The notes under the pieces were generated by a model. The model was not told the DNA's origin. It saw only the letters and a program-made list of their open reading frames with translations, and searched no databases. Below are positions 57,983 to 64,000 of a stretch of DNA of 64,000 nt, one piece after another (the stretch's first letter is position 1; each line of letters begins with the position of its first letter). The DNA is from Pirellulales bacterium (GTDB taxonomy: Bacteria > Planctomycetota > Planctomycetia > Pirellulales > PALSA-1355). The stretch lies in contig CAVTBU010000005.1 of the NCBI GenBank assembly GCA_963733035.1, positions 2,922,951 to 2,986,950 on the forward strand, read 5' to 3'. A program made the translations under genes and the position numbers.

Positions 57983-58383
57983 GGCGGGAACCTCGACGAC
58001 AGTGCAATGAATGGTGCGTGCCACGTTACAGTCCTTTGACGACGGGGGCGAATGATGAGATTTGCAGACGCGCTCGGCACGACCTCGTTTGCCAAGAAGT
58101 GGCAACTCGGTCGTGCGTTTGACATGACGCGGCACTACAAAGCAATTCGTGGACCAAAGCCCAAGGTATTCCCAAGAGGCCGTGGAGGAACTTGCTCTGA
58201 ATCCCTATCCGGCAAGGGCTTACGGACGTTTGGAGAGGGCGTGCAAGAGGGGCGATTCGCGCTCTCGGACGCTCGGAGTGACGGCAAGAATTGCAATGGA
58301 TTGCAAGGCAACCGGCCGGCTTCCGACTAATCTCTTGTGCGGTCGCCGGGAATGGATTCGCCGGATCTACTTACCCAGTCGCG

Positions 58384-59706
58384 CTAACCGGCCGCCGTGC
58401 CGGCTGGTTCGTTCCGGAGCTCTTTTTGCAGCAATTTGACCGCAGCCTTTAACTGGGGATCGAAACTCATCGGCGTATCGGATTTGGTTGTGGAATCGTC
58501 GCTTGGCGAGGTGTTCGCCACGACGTCGCGCTGCCGGCGTTTCTCCAACATCTGGGCGGTTTGCTTTTCGTCAAGTTTCACTTCGAAACCTGGCGTTGGC
58601 TTCACGCCCCATTCATCGTCGGCCGCGCTCGATTCGAGTCGATGAATATTCTTACCACTGGGACGCCAGTAGCTGGCGATGGTCAACTTGAGAAGACTCC
58701 GACCGCCTTCCAGCGGAATCACGTTCTGCACGGTTCCCTTGCCCCAAGTGCGCTCGCCTACGACTTTGGCCCGCTTGTGGTCCTGGAGGCACGCGGCCAC
58801 GATCTCGGCTGCGCTGGCACTCTTGTCGTTGACCAGCACCACCAGAGGCAAATCCTGGTACTTGCCTGCACCCGTGGCTTCCGCTTTCTTGCGAACGCGT
58901 TCGTCTCGGCCGCGAGTCGTAACAATCGTCGCACCTTGAGGAAGGAACATGTTGCAAACTTCTTCCGCGCCCTGCAAAAGTCCACCGGGGTTGTTGCGCA
59001 TGTCGAGGATCACGCCGCGGCAATCTCGCTCGGTTAGCCACTTGAGCGCGGCGTTCAATTCTTCGACGGTTGTTTCTCCGAAGGATGTGATCCGCAGGTA
59101 GCCGATCTTGTCTTCGTCTGGCAGGAAGAAGTTCCAAACGCCATCTGGTGCCCGCAGGTCGCCCAAGACCGAGTCGACTTTGATCCGGGCTCTCACCAGT
59201 TCGAAGGTGAGCGGATCTTCCTGGCCCTGGCGAAGCACCGACAGCGAAACCGGGTCGCCGGGACGGCCGCGCAACCAACCGACGATTTCGTTGAGCGAAC
59301 GATTGGCCGTGCTCTTGCCGTCGATCGCCACGATCTTGTCGCCGGCCTGCATACCGGCCTTGTACGCCGGCGTGCCCACCAAGGGGCTCATGACGGTCAG
59401 TTCCTTGTTCTCGCCGTCAAGGTTAACTTCGATGCCGATGCCGCCATATTGCTGATCGATCGATTCTTGGAACTGGCTGGCCTGCTTGCGCGGCAAAAAA
59501 GCTGAATACTCGTCCAACCGACCAACCATGCCGTCCAGGGCGCCCTCAAACAGCTTTTGATCGTCGACCGGCTCGACGTAATAGCGATTGATCGTGTCGA
59601 GCACTTCTGAAAACCACCGACCGTAGGGGTTTCGGTCGGCCCGCTCATAGCAAGCGAGCGAGGCCACGGCCACAATGAAAATCAACCACAATGTTCGGCG
59701 CGGCAT
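58384..59706 (-). CDS. S41 family carboxyl-terminal processing protease (CtpA-like)
   Basis: PDZ YGGIGI, DMRNNPGG, SASAAEI, TWGKGTVQ, GVKP. Confidence 0.93.
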   Translation of the reverse strand: MPRRTLWLIFIVAVASLACYERADRNPYGRWFSEVLDTINRYYVEPVDDQKLFEGALDGMVGRLDEYSAFLPRKQASQFQESIDQQYGGIGIEVNLDGENKELTVMSPLVGTPAYKAGMQAGDKIVAIDGKSTANRSLNEIVGWLRGRPGDPVSLSVLRQGQEDPLTFELVRARIKVDSVLGDLRAPDGVWNFFLPDEDKIGYLRITSFGETTVEELNAALKWLTERDCRGVILDMRNNPGGLLQGAEEVCNMFLPQGATIVTTRGRDERVRKKAEATGAGKYQDLPLVVLVNDKSASAAEIVAACLQDHKRAKVVGERTWGKGTVQNVIPLEGGRSLLKLTIASYWRPSGKNIHRLESSAADDEWGVKPTPGFEVKLDEKQTAQMLEKRRQRDVVANTSPSDDSTTKSDTPMSFDPQLKAAVKLLQKELRNEPAGTAAG

Positions 59707-59852
59707 GCCAGCCTCTCGTGGGTTCCGAAGTCGGATACCTCTATCCTACTCGTTGTGCGGTGACTGGGCAAAGTGACGCGGTGCGCACGTACGGATGGCG
59801 CTGCGACCAAAGCAGGGGACGGACACGTCGCGTTACGCTCGTCCGAGTATTT

Positions 59853-61862
59853 TCAGTACTCGTGCGCTCCGCCGCTTTCCCCCAGGCCCGTGGCTTTCTT
59901 CTCCGCGACCTGGCGAACCTGCTTAGATGCCACCTCGGCCTGGAATTTTTCGATGGCCGCTGAGAGCGACATGGCGCCCAGATCGCCGGCGATGCGGTCG
60001 CGGACCGAAACCGTTCCCCCTTCCGCGTCGCGAGGGCCCACGACGAGCATATACGGAATTAGTTCCAATTGGGCGTCGCGGATTTTTGAACCGAGTTTCT
60101 CAGCGCGGAAGTCGCCGGTAACGCGCAATCCAGCCGCCCGAAGCTGCGTTTCGACTTGACGCCCATACTCCTCGGACTTCTCACTTACGGTGAGCACGCG
60201 GGCCTGCTCGGGAGCCAGCCACAGCGGAAACGCACCGGCGAAGTGCTCGATCAGCACGCCCACAAAACGTTCCAACGATCCGAGCGGAGCCCGGTGAATC
60301 ATCACCGGCTGATGCGGCTGATTGTCGGCCCCGACGTACTCGAGGTTGAATCGCTCGGCGCTGGGCAAGTTGTAGTCGAGTTGCACGGTGCCGAGCTGCC
60401 ATTCGCGTCCCAGGCAATCGGTAACAACAAAGTCCGCTTTCGGGCCATAGAACGCCGCTTCCCCGCGCTCGACGTCGAGGTGCGGCAAGTGCATGTCGCG
60501 ACAGACCTCTTCCAGGGTCTTTTCGGCTCGTTCCCACACGGCATCGCTCCCGACGTACTTGTCGCTATCGGGATCTCGGAAACCGAGCCGCACGCGATAG
60601 TCGTTCATTCCGAGGGCCGCGAGCACGGATTGGGTCATTTCGATGCAACCGCGGAACTCGGCGCCGACTTGCTCCTCCGTGCAGAAAAGATGTGCGTCGT
60701 CTTGCGTGAATCCGCGCACTCGGGTCATGCCGCCAAGTTCGCCGGATTGTTCGTAGCGGTAGACGGTGCCAAACTCGGCCAACCGCACCGGCAGATCGCG
60801 ATAGCTGCGTGGCTTGGCTTTGTAAATCATCACGTGATGAGGGCAATTCATCGGCTTGAGCAAATAGCGCTCGTCATCCGACATTACGATCGGCTTGAAC
60901 TGGCTGTCGGAGTAGTAGGGAAAGTGCCCCGAGATCTGATACAGTTCGACGCGTCCGATGTGAGGCGTGTAGACGGCCTGGTAGCCTCGCTTGGTGAGTT
61001 CCTCGCGCATGAAATTCTCGAGGATGCCGCGGATGGTCGCCCCCTTGGGCAGCCACAATACCAGACCCGCCCCAACGAGATTGGGGTTTGTGGTGAACAG
61101 ATCGAGCTGCTTGCCGAGCACTCGGTGATCGCGTCGCTTGGCTTCTTCGACTCGCTGCAGATGTTCGGCGAGTTCTTCCTTGCTAAACCAGGCGGTCGCG
61201 TAGAGCCGCTGAAGCTGTTGGCGTGAGGCGTCTCCCTTCCAATAGGCACCGGCAATCGACAGCAACTTGAAAGCGCCAATCGCGCCGGCGCTGGGAATGT
61301 GCGGGCCGCGACATAGGTCGACAAACTCACCCTGGCGATAGAACGACAAGGTAGGGTGGTCGGCAAGCCCTTCCTTGATGTGCTCCACCTTGAGCGTCTG
61401 ACCCAGGTCGCGGCACACGGCCAACGCCTTTTCGCGCGGCTCTTCCAATCGTTCAAACGGTTCGTCCGCTTTGATGATCTTGGCCATTTCGGCTTCGATG
61501 GCCGGGAAGTCTTCCTCCGAAAGCGGCTGCTTCAGTTCAAAGTCGTAGTAGAACCCGCTTTCCGTCGTGGGACCAAATGCCAATTGCACGCCGTCGAACA
61601 GCCGCATTACCGCCCGGGCCATGACGTGGGCCGCCGAGTGCCGCATGACGGCCAACGCTTCGGGGTCCTTCTTGGTGAGCAGACGCAGCGACACTTCGCC
61701 TTCGGTGGGGAGCACGGCGCTGGCACCGACGACTTTGCCGTCCACCTCGGCCGCCAGCGTGGCCTTGGCCAGCCCGGGACCAATTTCCGTCGCGATGTCG
61801 ATTGGCCGCACGGGCCGCGCGTACTCCCGCATCGAACCGTCGGGTAATTTCACGTTGAGCAT
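59853..61862 (-). CDS. thrS: threonine--tRNA ligase
   Basis: TGS domain, [53 protein letters not shown]. Confidence 0.98.
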   Translation of the reverse strand: MLNVKLPDGSMREYARPVRPIDIATEIGPGLAKATLAAEVDGKVVGASAVLPTEGEVSLRLLTKKDPEALAVMRHSAAHVMARAVMRLFDGVQLAFGPTTESGFYYDFELKQPLSEEDFPAIEAEMAKIIKADEPFERLEEPREKALAVCRDLGQTLKVEHIKEGLADHPTLSFYRQGEFVDLCRGPHIPSAGAIGAFKLLSIAGAYWKGDASRQQLQRLYATAWFSKEELAEHLQRVEEAKRRDHRVLGKQLDLFTTNPNLVGAGLVLWLPKGATIRGILENFMREELTKRGYQAVYTPHIGRVELYQISGHFPYYSDSQFKPIVMSDDERYLLKPMNCPHHVMIYKAKPRSYRDLPVRLAEFGTVYRYEQSGELGGMTRVRGFTQDDAHLFCTEEQVGAEFRGCIEMTQSVLAALGMNDYRVRLGFRDPDSDKYVGSDAVWERAEKTLEEVCRDMHLPHLDVERGEAAFYGPKADFVVTDCLGREWQLGTVQLDYNLPSAERFNLEYVGADNQPHQPVMIHRAPLGSLERFVGVLIEHFAGAFPLWLAPEQARVLTVSEKSEEYGRQVETQLRAAGLRVTGDFRAEKLGSKIRDAQLELIPYMLVVGPRDAEGGTVSVRDRIAGDLGAMSLSAAIEKFQAEVASKQVRQVAEKKATGLGESGGAHEY

Positions 61863-62123
61863 GCTACGTTTCGCTTTATTTGAGAAGGGGCTCGTGGCCG
61901 AAGTTTCTGAAGACCCGCCGTCCGCGTCGATACAAAGGACGCGTCAAAAACAGGACGGGTTCAGCCGGCCGGGCCGCTTGTCGCAAAGTATAGAATGCAG
62001 CCAGTTTGGAGCAACCCGGCTGGTCGCGAGGCCCTTGACTCGGCGGCGATGAGAAGTCAGATTTGGTAGTTCTGGGTTGGCGTTCCGTCAGGCACCGTGG
62101 TCGTCCCATCGGTCCCACCCAAA

Positions 62124-62197
62124 GGGCGATTAGCTCAGTTGGTTAGAGCACTAGCTCGACAAGCTAGGGGTCACTGGTTCGAGTCTAGTATCGCCCA
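62124..62197 (+). tRNA. tRNA-Val (GAC)
   Basis: Full cloverleaf: GGGCGAT/ATCGCCC, D arm GCTC/GAGC, CTAGC-TCGACAA-GCTAG, T arm ACTGG-TTCGAGT-CTAGT; CCA not encoded. Confidence 0.93.
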
Positions 62198-62312
62198 CTA
62201 AAATAACTTCAAAGCCGGACGCAACTTGCGACCCTGCCTGCGTGAGGCAGAGCGGCACCAAAGCCCAGTTTAATTCGGAAGTCTTCCGAATTGATGGGAA
62301 GGTGTGTGCTCA

Positions 62313-63574
62313 ATGGCACGTCGCAAGAAGGGCCAACCGCCCAGCTACCGCCTCCACAAACAGTCCGGTCAAGCCATCGTCTCGCTGCCACTCGGCGGCA
62401 AAAGGTATCGAGACATTCTGCTAGGCCCCTACGACTCTGAGGAGAGCCGGCGAGAGTACGCCCGAGTTCTGCTGGAATTGTCGGCAGCAGGTGGACTGGC
62501 CTCACCGCCGAAAACAGGCGTTCACTTTCGGGACGTGAGCGTGTCGGAAGTATGCCTGCGTTTCTGGCGGCATGCTGAGGTCTACTACCGGCTCGTCGAT
62601 GGCTCGGCCTCGGATGAACTTCATACCTTTCGCTACTCGCTCGATCCTCTCCTACGTCTTTATGGAAATACAGATGCGAATCGCTTCGGCCCCGTTGCGC
62701 TGAAAGCCCTGCGACAGCAAATGATTGACGGTGGCAAGCTCTGTAGACGCACGATCAATCAACGAATCGACCACATTAAGCGGGTGTTTAAGTGGGCGGT
62801 TTCCGAGGAGCTTGTACCACCGGCAGTCTACGAAGGCATGAAATCGGTGGCGGGGCTTCGCAAAGGGCACGCCGGGACCTATGACCGCCCGAAGGTGAAG
62901 CCGGTTCCAAACGAGTCGGTTGAAGCGGTCTTGCCGTTGCTTCCTCCTCAAGTCGCTGCAATGGTTCAGCTTCAGCGTCTGATGGGAACACGCCCGGGCG
63001 AGATTTGCAAGATTCGTGGCCGAGACATCGACCGCAGCGGTGACGTGTGGTGGTATCGAATCAATCCGAATGCCATCTCGAAAGACGGAATGGTTTCCGT
63101 CCACAAGACCGCAAACAAGTCATCACCCAACGACGACTCAATTGAAAAGCAATATCCCATTGGTCCAAAAGCTCAGGCTATTCTAGAGCCTTGGCTGCGA
63201 TCCGACCCTGACGAGTATCTATTTCAACCAAAGGAGGCACGCCAACTTGTCTACGATCAGCGGCGAATGCAGCGAAAGACGCCAATGACTCCCTCGCAGA
63301 GAGCGAGAAAGCCTAAACCGAATCCCAAGCGTGTGCCCGAGATTGCTACGATAGACATTCGTATGATCGTGCGATCAAACGAGCATGCGTACTTGCCGGA
63401 ATTCCAAAATGGCATCCGAATCAACTACGGCATTCCTGCGGAACACGACTTCGTAAATTGTTTGGGGCTGAGGCAGCCCAGTTGTTCTTGGGCCACGAGA
63501 AAATGTCCACGACGGAAATCTATGCCGAGCGAGACATCGACTTGGTTGCCAAGATCGCCAGCAAAGTCTGCTGA
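62313..63574 (+). CDS. tyrosine-type recombinase/integrase (frameshift near 63338)
   Basis: PSYRLHKQSGQAIV N-terminus, GTRPGE (catalytic Arg); shifted frame gives WHPNQLRHS...LFLGH...TTEIYAE, stop at 63574. Confidence 0.9.
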
Positions 63575-63575
63575 T

Positions 63576-63992
63576 CTACCAATGGGGATTCCGAGGTGGT
63601 TTCTTCCATGACTGCCGCAGTTCTTTTTCGGCCCAATCCGCCGCACGATGCCTTTGAGAATTCGTGCGGAGTTTTGGAGGAGTGCCGGTTATCGTCAGGT
63701 TGGGTTTTCCCGCCCGTATAAAATCCTGCACCCATTTGCGGGTCGTGTACCAGCGGCTTCCAATCTTGACCGCTTCCAACCGTACGCCGTTCTTCAGACC
63801 CTTCTGGCACCAACGATACAACGTGTCGAGAGAGATTTTGTTGCCGTGGGTTCGTGGAAGCCAGCCCCTTGCTACGTTGAGAGACACTAGGCCGTCATCC
63901 TGGTGCGACTCGGATTCTGGAGGGGGATTGAGCGGCCAGTTGTCAGATTTAGAAAGCTCTTGGCCCTTGAAGGGATTGTCATTCGTATCCAT
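63576..63992 (-). CDS. DUF1580 domain protein (HTH, excisionase-like)
   Basis: ISLDTLYRWCQKGLKNGVRLEAVKIGSRWYTTRKWVQDF. Confidence 0.8.
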   Translation of the reverse strand: MDTNDNPFKGQELSKSDNWPLNPPPESESHQDDGLVSLNVARGWLPRTHGNKISLDTLYRWCQKGLKNGVRLEAVKIGSRWYTTRKWVQDFIRAGKPNLTITGTPPKLRTNSQRHRAADWAEKELRQSWKKPPRNPHW

Positions 63993-64000
63993 TTCAGTTC

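Larger units (their letters stand above)
62198..64000. mobile_element. left end of a tRNA-Val-associated integrative element (continues beyond window)
   Basis: Integrase 115 bp after the tRNA 3' end, convergent DUF1580 gene, visibly more AT-rich codon usage. Confidence 0.75.

Noticed and set aside
61863..62123. T-box leader for thrS
   Set aside because: No T-box consensus or terminator/antiterminator pair on the minus strand

Overview
GC-rich bacterial DNA, almost certainly a planctomycete (Pirellulales-like). The basis is three DUF1501 genes, a DUF1549/DUF1553 gene, PVC-type heme-binding beta-propeller proteins, a sulfatase, a PEP-CTERM protein and a DUF1580 gene. Most of the window is core chromosome: lhr, carB-crcB, glnB, a CzcBA-like efflux pair, ppk2, an aldehyde dehydrogenase, an ABC operon, folC, an S41 protease and thrS. 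It ends at tRNA-Val(GAC), followed by a tyrosine integrase and a DUF1580 gene that mark the start of an integrative element. About ten genes are split by 1-2 nt deletions in G/C runs or GC dinucleotide repeats, most likely long-read consensus errors. The most interesting candidates are: (1) a kinase-less, pseudo-receiver sigma-54 activator directly upstream of a sigma-54 promoter and a P-II gene; (2) a four-gene operon joining a 5-heme PA14/propeller protein and a HEAT/heme propeller protein to two amidohydrolase-type enzymes; (3) a Cys-rich leader ORF before the RND metal pump; (4) a PilGHI-like ABC module with His-x-His repeats; (5) a signal-less, Cys-rich BtuF-fold protein coupled to PPK2; (6) structured intergenic DNA and a MITE-like element; (7) a tRNA-Val with C33. 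All family assignments come from motif recognition by eye, not from database searches.
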